A stretch of DNA of 64,000 nt, taken from NCBI GenBank assembly GCA_963666515.2, contig OY762897.2:3936001-4000000 (forward strand), read 5' to 3'. Position 1 is the first letter of the stretch. Every line of letters starts with the position of its first letter. Of the stretch, positions 47,101 to 57,024 are shown piece after piece. The notes below the pieces were generated by a model. That model did no database searches, was not told the origin of the DNA, and saw nothing but the letters and a program-made list of their open reading frames with translations. The translations under genes and the position numbers were made by a program. This DNA comes from Candidatus Binatia bacterium. GTDB lineage: Bacteria; Desulfobacterota; Binatia; UBA9968; JAJDTQ01.

Positions 47101-50100
47101 TGGGGATCACGCTGTCGGCGAATCCGACCAGCGTGGTCGAAGGCGGGGGATCGACATCGGTGACGGTGACCGCGACCGCGAATAAGACGGCGTTGGCCGA
47201 TATTTCCGTCACGGTGCAGGTGGGCAAGAGCACCGACAGCGCCACCGAGGGCACGGACTACCCCACGGTGAACGACTTCACCCTGAAGATCGACAAGGGC
47301 GAGAAGACCGGCACGGCCACGTTCAACCTGATCCCCAACTCCGACAAGAAGGACACGGAAGCGAACGAGACGATCTCGGTCGACGGCAGCAGCTCGCCCC
47401 ACACCGTGACCGGCGCCAGCCTGACGTTGACCAACGCGATTGCCACCAACCCGATCACGCTGTCGGTGAGTCCGTCCAGCGTGGGGGAGGCGGCGGGCGC
47501 AACGACGGTGACGGTGACCGCGCGCATGCAGACCTCCTTCAAAGGCAAAGGCGACGTGACCGTTACGGTGGGCACAAGCGGTAGCGCCAAGTCGGGAACC
47601 GACTATGGCGCGGTGTCGGACATCAAGTTGAGCTTCACGACCGACAAACCCACGACGGCGACCGGCACCTTCACGCTGACCCCGACCGACGACGCGGTGG
47701 TGGAGAACAACGAGACGGTGTGGGTGGACGGCTCCTCCAGCTACGGGCAGGTGGTGGGCGCCAGCGTGACGATCAACGACAACGACGGGGCGGCGATCAC
47801 GCTGTCGGCGAACAAGACCAGCGTGAGCGAGGGGGCTTCCGGAACGTCCGTGACGGTGACGGCGACCGCCGGCGCGGCGAGCTCGAACGCACGCACGGTG
47901 ACGGTGGCGGTGGGAGCAAACGGCGACGGGGCGATCGAGGGCACGGACTACGCGGACGTATCGGACTTCAGCATCACCATCGCGGCCAACGCCACCAGCG
48001 GCACGGGCGCCTTCACCCTCACCCCGACCCAGGACACGGTGGTCGAGGGCAGCGAGAGCCTGACGATCTCGGGCAGCGGCACGGGCCTCAACGTGACCGG
48101 CACGAGCGTGAGCCTGACCGACGACGACACCGCGCCGTCGGTGAACCTGAGCGTGAGTCCGACCAGCGTCACCGAAGGGGCGAAGGATTCGGGGCTTCTG
48201 GTGGGCAGCTACAAGACCGTCACCGCGACGGCGACGTTCTCCCCCGCCAAAACCTACGACCACGACCGGACCGTGGCGGTCTCGGTGGGCGGCAGCGGCA
48301 CGGCCACCTCGGGCACGGACTACACGGCGGTGTCGAACTTCAACGTCAAGATCAACGCCGGGGCGACGAGCGGCACGGGTACGTTCCAACTGACTTCGTC
48401 GGACGACGATGTCTACGAGGGCGACGAGACCATCGGCGTCGCCGGCACGTCCACCGGCCTCACGGTCAATTCGGTCAACCTGACCCTGGCCGACAACGAC
48501 AGCGCCGCGGTGACGGTTGACGACGCCAGCGCCACCGAGGGCAGCAGCATGACCTTCACCGTGACGCTGGACAAGGCGGTGCAGGGCGGGCTGAAGGTGA
48601 CGCCGAGCTATACCAACGTGACCGCCGCGGACGCCGACTACACGGCGAACACGGCCGCGCTGACCTTCAGCGGCACGGCCAACGAGACCCGGACCTTCAC
48701 GGTCTCGACCGTTGACGACGAAGTGGTTGAAGCCACCGAGACCTTCACCGTGGGCCTGAGCGTCTCCGACGCGCCCTCGGGCGTGACGTCCACCGATACG
48801 GGCACGGGCACCATCAACCGGGTCGCCGGGAGCGGCGGCGACACCGCGACCGTGACCATCAACGACGCCAGCGCCGAAGAAGGCAGCAGCATGACCTTCA
48901 CGGTGACGCTGGACAAGGCGGTGCAGGGCGGCCTGACGGTGACGCCGAGCTATACCAACGTGACGGCTGCGGACGCCGATTACACGGCGAACACGGCGGC
49001 GCTGACCTTCAGCGGCACGGCCAACGAGACCCGGACGTTCACGGTCTCGACTACCGAAGACGACGTGATGGAAGCCACCGAGACCTTCACCGTGAGCCTG
49101 AGCGTCTCCGACGCGCCCTCCGGCGTGACGGTCACCGACACCGGCACCGGCACCATCAACAACGATGACAGCGCGACGGTGACGGTGAACGACGCCAGCG
49201 CGGCCGAGGGCAGCAGCATGACCTTCACGGTGACGCTGGACAAGGCGGTGCAGGGCGGGTTGACGGTGACGCCGGATTTCACGGACGGAACCGCCGTTGA
49301 GGGCACGGACTACGACGCGAACACGGCGGCGCTGACCTTCAGCGGCACGGCCAACGAGACCCGGACGTTCACGGTTTCGACTACCGAAGACGCGGTGATG
49401 GAATCCAACGAGACTTTCACCGTGGGGTTGAGCGTCTCCGACGCGCCCTCCGGCGTGACGGTCACCGACACCGGCACCGGCACCATCAACAACGATGACA
49501 GCGCGACGGTGACGGTGAACGACGCCAGCGCCGACGAAGGCGACAGCATGACCTTCACGGTGACGCTGGACAAGGCGGTGCAGGGCGGGTTGACGGTGAC
49601 GCCGTCGTACACGGACGTGACCGCCGTTGAGGGCACGGACTACGACGCGAACACGGCGGCGCTGACCTTCAGCGGGACGGCCAACGAGACCCGGACGTTC
49701 ACGGTTTCGACCACCGAAGACGCGGTGATGGAATCCAACGAGACTTTCACCGTGGGGTTGAGCGTCTCCGACGCACCCTCTGGCGTGACGTCCACCGACA
49801 CGGGCACGGGCACGATCAACAACGACGACGGCGCGACCGTGACGGTGAACGACGCCAGCGCCGACGAAGGCGACAGCATGACCTTCACGGTGACGCTGGG
49901 CAAGGCGGTGCAGGGGGGTCTGACGGTGACGCCGGATTTCACGGATGGAACCGCCGTCGAGGGCACGGACTACGACGCGAACACGGCGGCGCTGACCTTC
50001 AGCGGGACGGCCAACGAGACCCGGACGTTCACGGTCTCGACCACGGAGGACGCGGTGGTGGAGGGCGATGAGACCTTCACGGTGGGGTTGACGGTTTCCG

Positions 50101-53100
50101 GCACGACCCTGGGAGTGACGGCGACGGACACGGGGACCGGGACGGTGGAGGAGGACGACGGCACGACGGTGACGGTGAGCGACGCAAGCGCTTTGGAAGG
50201 GGAGTCCACGACCTTCACGGTGACGCTCTCCAATGCGGTGCAGGGGGGTCTTACGGTGACGTCGTCGTACATGGACGTTACGGCGGACAAGAGCGCGGAC
50301 TACACCGAGAACACGACGGCGCTGACCTTCACGGGGACGGCGAACGAGAGCCGGACGTTCACGGTCTCGACCACGGAGGACGCGGTGGTGGAGGGGGACG
50401 AGACGTTCACGGTGGCGCCGGCCATATCCGGGCTGTCCACCGGGGTGAGTGGGGTGACGAGGGTTTCCGGCACGGGGACGATCACCGACGACGACAGCAC
50501 GGAGATCACGCTGACTGCGAATCCGGCGAGCGTGGATGAGAACGCGACGGCGACGGCGGTGACGGTGACGGCCGAGACCGACGGGGACACGTTCAAGACC
50601 GCCCGCACGGTGACGGTGAGCGTGGGCGACAGCGCCGACAGCGCGGATTCGGGCACGGACTACGCGGCAGTGAGCGATTTCACCATCACGATCACCGCCG
50701 GTCAGACCGGCGGGACGGGGACGTTCACGCTGACGCCGACGGACGACACGGAGATCGAGGGTGACGAGGCGATCACGGTAGCGGGCGCGTCCACCGGCCT
50801 GACGGTCAACGGGACCAGCGTGACTCTGGCGGACGACGATTTCGACATTTCGTCGGCGGCGACCTTTGCGGACGCCGAGGCGGTGGAGGGGGAGCCGCTG
50901 ACGTTCACGGTGACGCTGAACAACGGGGTGAAGAACGGGTTCGAGGTGACGCCGGTGATCACCGGGGGGACGGCGACGTCGGGGCAGGACTACAAGACGG
51001 AGTTGAGTCCGTCGCTGCTGGTGTTCGCGGGCACGGCTGGGGAGCAGCAGACGTTCACGGTCACGACCATCGACGACCGTGTGGTGGAGCACGAGGAGAC
51101 GGTGACGGTGAGCTTCGAGGTATCGGACACACGTGTGAGCGGGGTGCCGGATTCGGCTTTGGGATTGATCGTGGACAACGACGTGGCGAGGCTGAAGATA
51201 AGCAACGCTCGTGCGGAGGAGGGGGATTCACTGACGTTCACGATGACGTTGAGCAACACGGTATCGGGAGGATTCAAGGCGCGGCCGGTTTTCATGGACG
51301 GGACCGCGGTTGAAGGATCGGACTACCAGGGGAACCGACCGACGCTGGAGTTTTCGGGGACGTCCGGAGAGAGCCGGTCGGTGACGGTTCCGAGCCTGGA
51401 GGACGGTGTTGTGGAGCCCGAGGAGTGGTTCAACATAGGGCTTTCGATATCGGGGGCTCCTGCGGGGTTGCGTGTAGGAGCGGGGGTGGGAGTGATCGAG
51501 GACGATGACGAGGCGGTGTTGACGGTATCGGATGCGCGCGGGGAGGAGGGAGAAGGGCTGGTATTCACGGTGACGCTGGACAACGCGGTCCAGTCGGGCT
51601 TCACGGTGCGGCCGGTGTTCACGGACGGGAGTGCGGAGGAAGGGGTGGACTACCGGGAGAACCGTTCGGCGCTGGAGTTTTCGGGCGTGGCGGGAGAGAG
51701 CCATACGTTCGAGGTATCGAGTCTTGAGGACGGTGTGGTGGAGTACGACGAGGACTTCACGGTGGGTCTGGATACGACGGAGGTTCCTGCGGGGGTCAAG
51801 GTGGTGAGCGGGGTAGGAGTGATCGAGGACGACGACGAGGCGGTGTTGACGGTTTCGGACGCGAGCGCGAAGGAGGGGGAAGCGCTGGTATTCACGGTGA
51901 CGCTGGACAGTGCGGTACAGTCGGGCTTCACGGTGCGGCCGGTGTTTACGGACGGGAGTGCGGAGGAAGGGGTGGACTACACGGAGAACCGTCCGGCGCT
52001 GGAGTTTTCGGGCGTGGCGGGAGAGAGCCGTACGTTCGAGGTGATGAGCCTTGAGGACGCGGTGGTGGAGTACGATGAGGAGTTCACGGTGAGTCTGGAC
52101 CTGAGGGAGGGGCCGGGCGGGTTGCAGACGGGGGCTCCAGGGACGGGGACGATCGTGGACGGGACGGAGACGGTGGTGAGGGTGTCGGAGGCACGGGCGG
52201 AGGAGGGGGAGGACTTGGTTTTCACGGTGACGCTGGAGAACGCGGTGGTGGGGGGTCTGAGGGTGACGCCGAGCTACGCGGACGGGACGGCGTTGGAAGG
52301 GACGGATTACACGGAGAACGTGACGGTGCTGACGTTTGCGGGGACGGCGGGGGAGAGCCAGGAGATAGCGGTGTCGAGCGTGGAGGACGGGTTGGTGGAG
52401 GGGGACGAGACGTTCACGGTGAGGGTGGGCGTGACGGAGGCTCCGGTAGGGGTGAAGGGTTCGGAGGGGACGGGGACGGTTGAGGACGACGACCGCCGGG
52501 GCGAGGGGGTCGAGGTGAGGGTGACGGACGTGACGGTGGAGGAGGGTTCACCGCTGGTCTTCACGGTGAGCCTGGCGCAGGCGGTGACGGACAACATCGT
52601 GATCCTTCGATACGCGACGCGAGACGGCACGGCCCATGCAGGGGAGGACTACACAGCGGTTTCGGGCACGTTCACGTTTGCGGCGGGGGAGACGGAGAAG
52701 ACGGTCGAGGTTGCGACGTTGGACGACGAGTTCGATGAGGGTTCGGAGACGATGGAGTTGCGGCTGAGCGAAGCGGTGAACGGGAAGCTGGAAGACCCGA
52801 TAGGGGTGGGGACGATCGAGAACGACGATCCGTTGCCGTCGGCATGGTTGGCGCGGTTCGGACGGACGGTAGGGGAACACGTGATGGGGGCGATCGACGC
52901 GCGGCTGCACGGGGACTCGACGGGCTCACACCTGACGGTGGGGGGAGTGACGGCGCAGAAGCCTGAGGAGGGCGAGGGGAGGCGACGGGTGGGGTCGTCC
53001 GGGCTGTCGGAGGCCGGAGAGTGGGAGGGCTTGGCGAGGGGCGAAGGGAAGGGAGCAGGCTGGGCGGTTGCGCCGGGGGACAGAGCGTTCGGGTTCGGCG

Positions 53101-54335
53101 CAGCCGGGTTCGGGTCCGGTACGGACGGGTTCGGTGCAGCCGGGCCCGGAGCGAAGGAGATGACGACGCGGGAGTTGTTGGCGAGCAGTGCGTTCCGTTG
53201 GCGGCTGGGCGGGTCGGAGGAGGGTTCGGGCATGCAGTGGACGAGTTGGGGGAGCGGGGCGGCGACGCGCTTCGACGGACGGGAGCGTTCGGTGTCTCTG
53301 GACGGCGAGGTGGTGGGGATGACGCTGGGTGTGGACGCGGAGTGGGGTCCTTGGACTGCGGGGATGGCGCTGGCGTACAACGACGGCCGTGGCACGTATG
53401 ACGACGCCAAGAGCGGCAAGAGCGGCAAGACCTGGAGCACGCTGACGAGCGCGCACCCGTACGTTCGCTGGCAGAAGGAGGGTCTGTCGGTGTGGGGTTT
53501 GTTGGGTCACGGCCAGGGAGAGTACGCGGTGGCTCCGGGGGAGGGAGAGGAGACGGTTCGGACGGACATGGGGATGAACATGGCGGGAGTGGGTGCACGG
53601 CGGACGCTGGCGCCGGCGCCCGGGGGCGTGGAGCTGGCGTTGCGTGCGGACGGGATGTTCGTGTGGATGAACTCGGACGCGGTAGCCGGGCGGTTGCAGG
53701 AGACGCGGACGGAGACGCGCCACCTTCGGCTGTTGCTGGAGGGGAGCCGGAGTTTCGGAGTGGGGAGTGGAGGAGTGCTGACGCCGTCATTGGAGGCGGG
53801 AGTTCGCCACGACGCAGGGGACGCGGAGAGGGGTTTCGGGTTGGAGGTGAACGCACGGGTTCGCTACGAGGACGTGGCGCGGGGGCTGACGGTGGAAGCG
53901 CGGGGCCGCGGGATGTTTGCGCACGAGGTGCAGGGGTACGAGGTGTGGGGAGCGAGCGGGTCGGTGGTTCTGGATCCTGGGTCGGACCGGTTGGGGCTGT
54001 CGTTGCGTGTGCAGCCGTCGTGGGGTGAGCCGGAGAGCGGTGTGGAGAGCCTGTGGGACGAGGGAGCTGCGGAAGGCGGGGGCGTGGCCGGAATCGGGAC
54101 GGGGGTGCGGCTGGACACGGAGTTGGGCTACGGCCTGCCGGCGCTGGAGGGACGCGGGGTGTTCACGCTCCAGACCGGGTTCGGGATTGACGATGGCGGG
54201 TCGCACCGGCTGCGTGTGGGCGGGGTGCTGGACACCGCGGGAGGGTTCGAGCTGAGCCTGTCGGGCGAGCAGACGGTGCCGCACGAGGGCGAGCCGGAAT
54301 ACGCGGTCGTCCTGGGCATCCGCTTCGTCTTGTAG
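44184..54335 (+). CDS. Giant Calx-beta/Ig-repeat surface adhesin with C-terminal autotransporter beta-barrel (3383 aa)
   Basis: Signal ending ASA-Q; over 20 repeats of ~110 aa with GTATxGTDY and DD.VE..E.F; linker AWLARFGRTV; barrel-like C-terminus (HPY, GVRHD.GD, ELGYG). Confidence 0.92.
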   Translation: MLSLLTKRLTTVASRKRACARCCDPHNAPIRVAKRRVAGFAATALLALIGLIATDASAQQRFGLLVQTTTVNEGSSAQTIRVRVTDNQFDRQYTLNGTLAVGKSGDGATEGTDYETVADISFSMTKDDTTKWVEFTLTPKQDTAVEGNESITVTVSAFGYSDASRTITLTDDEISLSTDVKVAFENDDDTVVTVTATAASTSGSARTVTIQVGKSTDSATEGTDYATVADFDITITANASSGTGTFTLALIDDTTSESSAADESISISGSISGGVTALGTSIKIYDNDIALSVNPSSVSEEGSPVSVTVTASGGVFFRSRTIRVSVGGGSTAGMDYVAVDDFSITIAANERSAASTFTLTPIDDGITEDWDYVGIGGSSPHASVNGTRISLNDNDRDPDFLVQADVSTLGENGGAKTVTVTVVDNRDNKVGNIDVDIGVGRSTDSATEGTDYATVSDFNIRGQYGQTTVDGTFTLTPTNDATPEGTERIAVYSTDQSIYNYRDAFINLTDDDGGTITLSANPSSVGEGASATTVTVTATADKAQSAARTVKVSLGGSGSATYGEDYSTGNSYSFDITIAQNASSGTGTFTLTPTQDTLVEGNETAGISARSNGFSITGTSVTLSDDDTAPAVNLSVSPTSLGEGDSGTKVTVTAAFSNTNTYESDKTVAVSVGGTGTATSGTDYAAVSNFNITIPKGKTSGTGTFTLTPTNDTSVENHETIGVAGTSTGLTVNGATLTLNDNDNDAVTLSADTSSVAEDGSATTVTVTATATNSLKRSRTVTVAVGGSGDGATEGTDYTTVDDFTITIAADATSGTGTFTLTPTQDTSIEGDESIGITGSGTLLTVTGTSLKLTDDDVRTIALSANKSTVSEGAGATTVTVTATANSAVTEATTVTVSVGDTGDGATSGTDYTAVDDFTITIAADATKGTGTFTLTPTQDTTYEGEESVSVTGTSSPHTVTGTSLAIGNDDGMGITLSANPTSVVEGGGSTSVTVTATANKTALADISVTVQVGKSTDSATEGTDYPTVNDFTLKIDKGEKTGTATFNLIPNSDKKDTEANETISVDGSSSPHTVTGASLTLTNAIATNPITLSVSPSSVGEAAGATTVTVTARMQTSFKGKGDVTVTVGTSGSAKSGTDYGAVSDIKLSFTTDKPTTATGTFTLTPTDDAVVENNETVWVDGSSSYGQVVGASVTINDNDGAAITLSANKTSVSEGASGTSVTVTATAGAASSNARTVTVAVGANGDGAIEGTDYADVSDFSITIAANATSGTGAFTLTPTQDTVVEGSESLTISGSGTGLNVTGTSVSLTDDDTAPSVNLSVSPTSVTEGAKDSGLLVGSYKTVTATATFSPAKTYDHDRTVAVSVGGSGTATSGTDYTAVSNFNVKINAGATSGTGTFQLTSSDDDVYEGDETIGVAGTSTGLTVNSVNLTLADNDSAAVTVDDASATEGSSMTFTVTLDKAVQGGLKVTPSYTNVTAADADYTANTAALTFSGTANETRTFTVSTVDDEVVEATETFTVGLSVSDAPSGVTSTDTGTGTINRVAGSGGDTATVTINDASAEEGSSMTFTVTLDKAVQGGLTVTPSYTNVTAADADYTANTAALTFSGTANETRTFTVSTTEDDVMEATETFTVSLSVSDAPSGVTVTDTGTGTINNDDSATVTVNDASAAEGSSMTFTVTLDKAVQGGLTVTPDFTDGTAVEGTDYDANTAALTFSGTANETRTFTVSTTEDAVMESNETFTVGLSVSDAPSGVTVTDTGTGTINNDDSATVTVNDASADEGDSMTFTVTLDKAVQGGLTVTPSYTDVTAVEGTDYDANTAALTFSGTANETRTFTVSTTEDAVMESNETFTVGLSVSDAPSGVTSTDTGTGTINNDDGATVTVNDASADEGDSMTFTVTLGKAVQGGLTVTPDFTDGTAVEGTDYDANTAALTFSGTANETRTFTVSTTEDAVVEGDETFTVGLTVSGTTLGVTATDTGTGTVEEDDGTTVTVSDASALEGESTTFTVTLSNAVQGGLTVTSSYMDVTADKSADYTENTTALTFTGTANESRTFTVSTTEDAVVEGDETFTVAPAISGLSTGVSGVTRVSGTGTITDDDSTEITLTANPASVDENATATAVTVTAETDGDTFKTARTVTVSVGDSADSADSGTDYAAVSDFTITITAGQTGGTGTFTLTPTDDTEIEGDEAITVAGASTGLTVNGTSVTLADDDFDISSAATFADAEAVEGEPLTFTVTLNNGVKNGFEVTPVITGGTATSGQDYKTELSPSLLVFAGTAGEQQTFTVTTIDDRVVEHEETVTVSFEVSDTRVSGVPDSALGLIVDNDVARLKISNARAEEGDSLTFTMTLSNTVSGGFKARPVFMDGTAVEGSDYQGNRPTLEFSGTSGESRSVTVPSLEDGVVEPEEWFNIGLSISGAPAGLRVGAGVGVIEDDDEAVLTVSDARGEEGEGLVFTVTLDNAVQSGFTVRPVFTDGSAEEGVDYRENRSALEFSGVAGESHTFEVSSLEDGVVEYDEDFTVGLDTTEVPAGVKVVSGVGVIEDDDEAVLTVSDASAKEGEALVFTVTLDSAVQSGFTVRPVFTDGSAEEGVDYTENRPALEFSGVAGESRTFEVMSLEDAVVEYDEEFTVSLDLREGPGGLQTGAPGTGTIVDGTETVVRVSEARAEEGEDLVFTVTLENAVVGGLRVTPSYADGTALEGTDYTENVTVLTFAGTAGESQEIAVSSVEDGLVEGDETFTVRVGVTEAPVGVKGSEGTGTVEDDDRRGEGVEVRVTDVTVEEGSPLVFTVSLAQAVTDNIVILRYATRDGTAHAGEDYTAVSGTFTFAAGETEKTVEVATLDDEFDEGSETMELRLSEAVNGKLEDPIGVGTIENDDPLPSAWLARFGRTVGEHVMGAIDARLHGDSTGSHLTVGGVTAQKPEEGEGRRRVGSSGLSEAGEWEGLARGEGKGAGWAVAPGDRAFGFGAAGFGSGTDGFGAAGPGAKEMTTRELLASSAFRWRLGGSEEGSGMQWTSWGSGAATRFDGRERSVSLDGEVVGMTLGVDAEWGPWTAGMALAYNDGRGTYDDAKSGKSGKTWSTLTSAHPYVRWQKEGLSVWGLLGHGQGEYAVAPGEGEETVRTDMGMNMAGVGARRTLAPAPGGVELALRADGMFVWMNSDAVAGRLQETRTETRHLRLLLEGSRSFGVGSGGVLTPSLEAGVRHDAGDAERGFGLEVNARVRYEDVARGLTVEARGRGMFAHEVQGYEVWGASGSVVLDPGSDRLGLSLRVQPSWGEPESGVESLWDEGAAEGGGVAGIGTGVRLDTELGYGLPALEGRGVFTLQTGFGIDDGGSHRLRVGGVLDTAGGFELSLSGEQTVPHEGEPEYAVVLGIRFVL
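48510..50490 (+). repeat. Highly similar ~330-bp tandem Calx-beta units
   Basis: ANTAALTFSGTANETRTFTVST repeated five times, mostly at a 330-bp period, plus a diverged sixth copy. Confidence 0.9.
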
Positions 54336-54351
54336 CGAACGGCCTGAATCC

Positions 54352-54460
54352 TGGCGCCCTTCGACTTCGCCTGTCCTGAGCACCTGCCAACGGAGTACCT
54401 ACCAAACCCGTTCGTCCTGAGCGTAGCTCCGCGCCAGCGGAGCGAAGTCGAAGGACGCCA
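54352..54460. repeat. REP/MITE-like element with 19-bp terminal inverted repeats
   Basis: TGGCGCCCTTCGACTTCGC / GCGAAGTCGAAGGACGCCA (1 mismatch); internal GTCCTGAGC twice; lies between convergent genes. Confidence 0.7.
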
Positions 54461-54490
54461 TTGTGAGTTCGGGATCCGTGAGGGGCGGCG

Positions 54491-55375
54491 TCACTCCCCG
54501 CCGGAGAACGGGCCGAAGGGCTCCGGCCGGAACGGCTTGTCGCGGGCCTCGAAGAAGGCGCGCAGGCCGCCCTGCTTGCGGGCGTCCTCCAGGCGCTTGT
54601 TGAACTCTTCCCGTTTCGAGAGCCGGGCCATGGCGCTCAGCTCGGCGTTGAGCAGCCAAGCCTTGTGGAGGCCCATCATCTCCAGCCCCTGGGTGGCGAT
54701 GGCCAGGTTGATCTTGACCGTCTCCGGCGGCACCAGGGCGACCCGCTCGACCATGCGGAAGCATTCCTCCAGGAGATCGTCTCTCGGCACGACCCTGTTC
54801 ACCAGGCCGATGCGCAGGGCCTCGGCGGCGTCCACGTGATCGCCGGTGAGGGCGTAGCGCAGGGCGTTCTTGGGACCGGCCAGCAGCACCCAGATGAAGT
54901 CCGTGCCGGAGGCGTGGCGCACCTGGGGCTGGCCGAACACCGCGTCGTCCGCGGCCACGGTCAGGTGGCAGGTGAGGGCCAGCCACGAGGCCGTGCCCAG
55001 GCACCAGCCGTTGACCGCGCCGATGATGGGCTTGGGGTATTCCCAGCGGTAGAGCCGGCGGCGCAGCATCTCCTCCCGGTCCCTGTCCCGGACCTCGTCG
55101 AATTCCTTGTAGAGCGGCGCCCCTTCCGGCAGGGCCTGCGGCCACACGGTCTCGGGGACGCCGTCGGCGGTCATGTCCTCTCCACTGGAGAAGCAGCCGC
55201 CCGCTCCGGTGAGGATCACGCCCCGCACTTCGGGGTCATCCTTGGCCTCTGCCAGGGCCGCGTCCAGCTCCGCCAGCAGGGCCTCGCTCAGGGCGTTGCG
55301 CCGCTCCGGCCGGTTGAGGGTGATGAGCACGCCGTTGCGCTGTTTTTCGTACAGAAGGTTGTGATAGTCGCTCAT
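54491..55375 (-). CDS. Enoyl-CoA hydratase/isomerase (crotonase) family
   Basis: ITLNRPERRNAL, FSSGED, PKPIIGAVNG, AAEALRIGLV. Confidence 0.92.
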   Translation of the reverse strand: MSDYHNLLYEKQRNGVLITLNRPERRNALSEALLAELDAALAEAKDDPEVRGVILTGAGGCFSSGEDMTADGVPETVWPQALPEGAPLYKEFDEVRDRDREEMLRRRLYRWEYPKPIIGAVNGWCLGTASWLALTCHLTVAADDAVFGQPQVRHASGTDFIWVLLAGPKNALRYALTGDHVDAAEALRIGLVNRVVPRDDLLEECFRMVERVALVPPETVKINLAIATQGLEMMGLHKAWLLNAELSAMARLSKREEFNKRLEDARKQGGLRAFFEARDKPFRPEPFGPFSGGE

Positions 55376-55385
55376 GCGGTCTCTC

Positions 55386-56264
55386 CTACTCCTTGGGCTT
55401 CGACCTCGGCCCGAAGGGCTCCGGCTGGAACGGTCCGTCGCGAAGCTGCAGGTACTCGCGGATGTTCTTCTCGCGGGCCTCGTTCAGCGGGCGGCGATGC
55501 TCCTCGCGCAGCATCACGTGGGCCGGCGCCGAGAGCTGTGAGTCCAGCATGAGGGCGTCGCGCAGGCCCATCATCTCCATGCCCAGGGTGGCGATGGCCA
55601 AGTTGATCTTCACCGTCTCCGGCGGCACCAGCGCGATGCGCTCCGCCAGCTCCAGGCACTCGTCCAGCAGCCGCTCGTGGGGCACCACCTTGATGACCAG
55701 ACCGATGCGCAGGGCTTCTTGGGCGTCGATGTGGTCGCCCACCAGGCCGTAGCGGAGCGAGTTCTTGACCCCGGCGAGCATGGTCCAGAGGAAGCTCGTG
55801 TTGGAGCCGTGGCGCACCTCGGGCTGGGCGAAGACGGCCTGTTCCGAGGCGATGGTGATGTGGGTGCACAGCGCCAGCCACGAGCCCGCGCCCATGGCCC
55901 AGCCGTTGATGGCGCCGATGACCGGCTTGTCCAGCTCCCACAGGCGCAGGAACTCGTTGCCCTCCCGGCCGCGCCAGGAATCGATCCAGTCCGACGCGGA
56001 CTGGCCCGCGGGGACGCCGTAGGGCCATTCCAGGTCGCGCCGCCGTCCCGGCTTGGGCCCCTGGTCCATGCCCGCGGAAAAGGCGCGTCCGGCGCCGGTG
56101 ATGATGACGGCCCGCACCTCGGGGTCGGCCACGGCCTCGTCCAGCGCCGCGGACATCTCGTGCTGGACCGTAGGGCTGATGGCGTTCATCACCTGCGGCC
56201 GGTTCAGCGTGATCAACCCGGCGGCGCCGCGTCTCTCGTATAGAATTTCAGTGTAGTCTGCCAT
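55386..56264 (-). CDS. Enoyl-CoA hydratase/isomerase family, paralog of adjacent gene
   Basis: ITLNRP, FSAGMD, KPVIGAING, AQPE. Confidence 0.92.
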   Translation of the reverse strand: MADYTEILYERRGAAGLITLNRPQVMNAISPTVQHEMSAALDEAVADPEVRAVIITGAGRAFSAGMDQGPKPGRRRDLEWPYGVPAGQSASDWIDSWRGREGNEFLRLWELDKPVIGAINGWAMGAGSWLALCTHITIASEQAVFAQPEVRHGSNTSFLWTMLAGVKNSLRYGLVGDHIDAQEALRIGLVIKVVPHERLLDECLELAERIALVPPETVKINLAIATLGMEMMGLRDALMLDSQLSAPAHVMLREEHRRPLNEAREKNIREYLQLRDGPFQPEPFGPRSKPKE

Positions 56265-56280
56265 GGGGGTTCCTCTCTCC

Positions 56281-56916
56281 TTATCGCTCCTTCTTCCAGA
56301 CGATGCGGTAGATGCCGGCGATGTCGGAGATCGGCATGATGACGGGGTCGTAGCCGTGGGCGATGCTGATGAGCACCAGGTTGCCGTTCTCCTTCTTGAC
56401 CCGCTTGATCAGGTACTCGCCGCTCATGGTCTTGACCACGCAGTAGTCGCCGGAGTGCCATTCCTTGTTCGGCGAGCACACGACGATCTCCTTGTTCTCG
56501 TAACGGGGGCTCATGGAGTCGCCGCGGACCTCGACGCCGAAGGCGTTGGCGTCCTTGAGGTCGTAAGGGCGTGAGACCCGGCGCCAGCCCTCGCCCACCG
56601 GGAACCCGTCTTCGGAAAACTCGCCCCGGCCGGCGCCCGCGCGCCCCACCACCGGAAGGTCGTCGTGCACGTGGCCGGACACGTCCCGTACCTGGTCGCT
56701 GGTGGCCAGCAGCCATTCCAGGGAAACCCCGCACACCGACGCCAGGCGATGCAGGATGGCCGACTGCGGCGCCCGGTCGCCGGCCATGTAATTGTAGACA
56801 GCGGTCTTCGAGATGCCCGCCCGGGCGGCCACCTCCAGCGGATCCCGGTCCGCCAGGGCGAGGGTGAGCCGGCGGGCGAGGTCCGTCTTGGGGCGTCTTG
56901 TTTTTTTCCTCGGCAT
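56281..56916 (-). CDS. XRE-HTH plus S24 peptidase repressor (phage CI/LexA-like)
   Basis: HTH VAARAGISKTAVYNY; Ala-Gly cleavage site (VGRAGAG); catalytic GDSM Ser and IKR Lys. Confidence 0.9.
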   Translation of the reverse strand: MPRKKTRRPKTDLARRLTLALADRDPLEVAARAGISKTAVYNYMAGDRAPQSAILHRLASVCGVSLEWLLATSDQVRDVSGHVHDDLPVVGRAGAGRGEFSEDGFPVGEGWRRVSRPYDLKDANAFGVEVRGDSMSPRYENKEIVVCSPNKEWHSGDYCVVKTMSGEYLIKRVKKENGNLVLISIAHGYDPVIMPISDIAGIYRIVWKKER

Positions 56917-56926
56917 CGTGTATTAG

Positions 56927-56984
56927 TTCTCGAACGAGAAAAAACTTGACATTATAGTAGTCAAGTGATAACTCTACGTCAAGC
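56927..56984. promoter_or_regulatory. Divergent promoter/operator region
   Basis: Palindrome ACTTGAC-N9-GTCAAGT; minus strand TTGACG-17-TACTAT; plus strand TTGACA; second palindrome TTCTCG-AA-CGAGAA. Confidence 0.65.
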
Positions 56985-57024
56985 GCCGTCACGACGCGAC
57001 TCTCAACGGGAAGGAAGGACCAGG

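Noticed and set aside
45015-51092. 2025-aa antisense ORF over the adhesin
   Set aside because: Shadow of the repetitive sense gene
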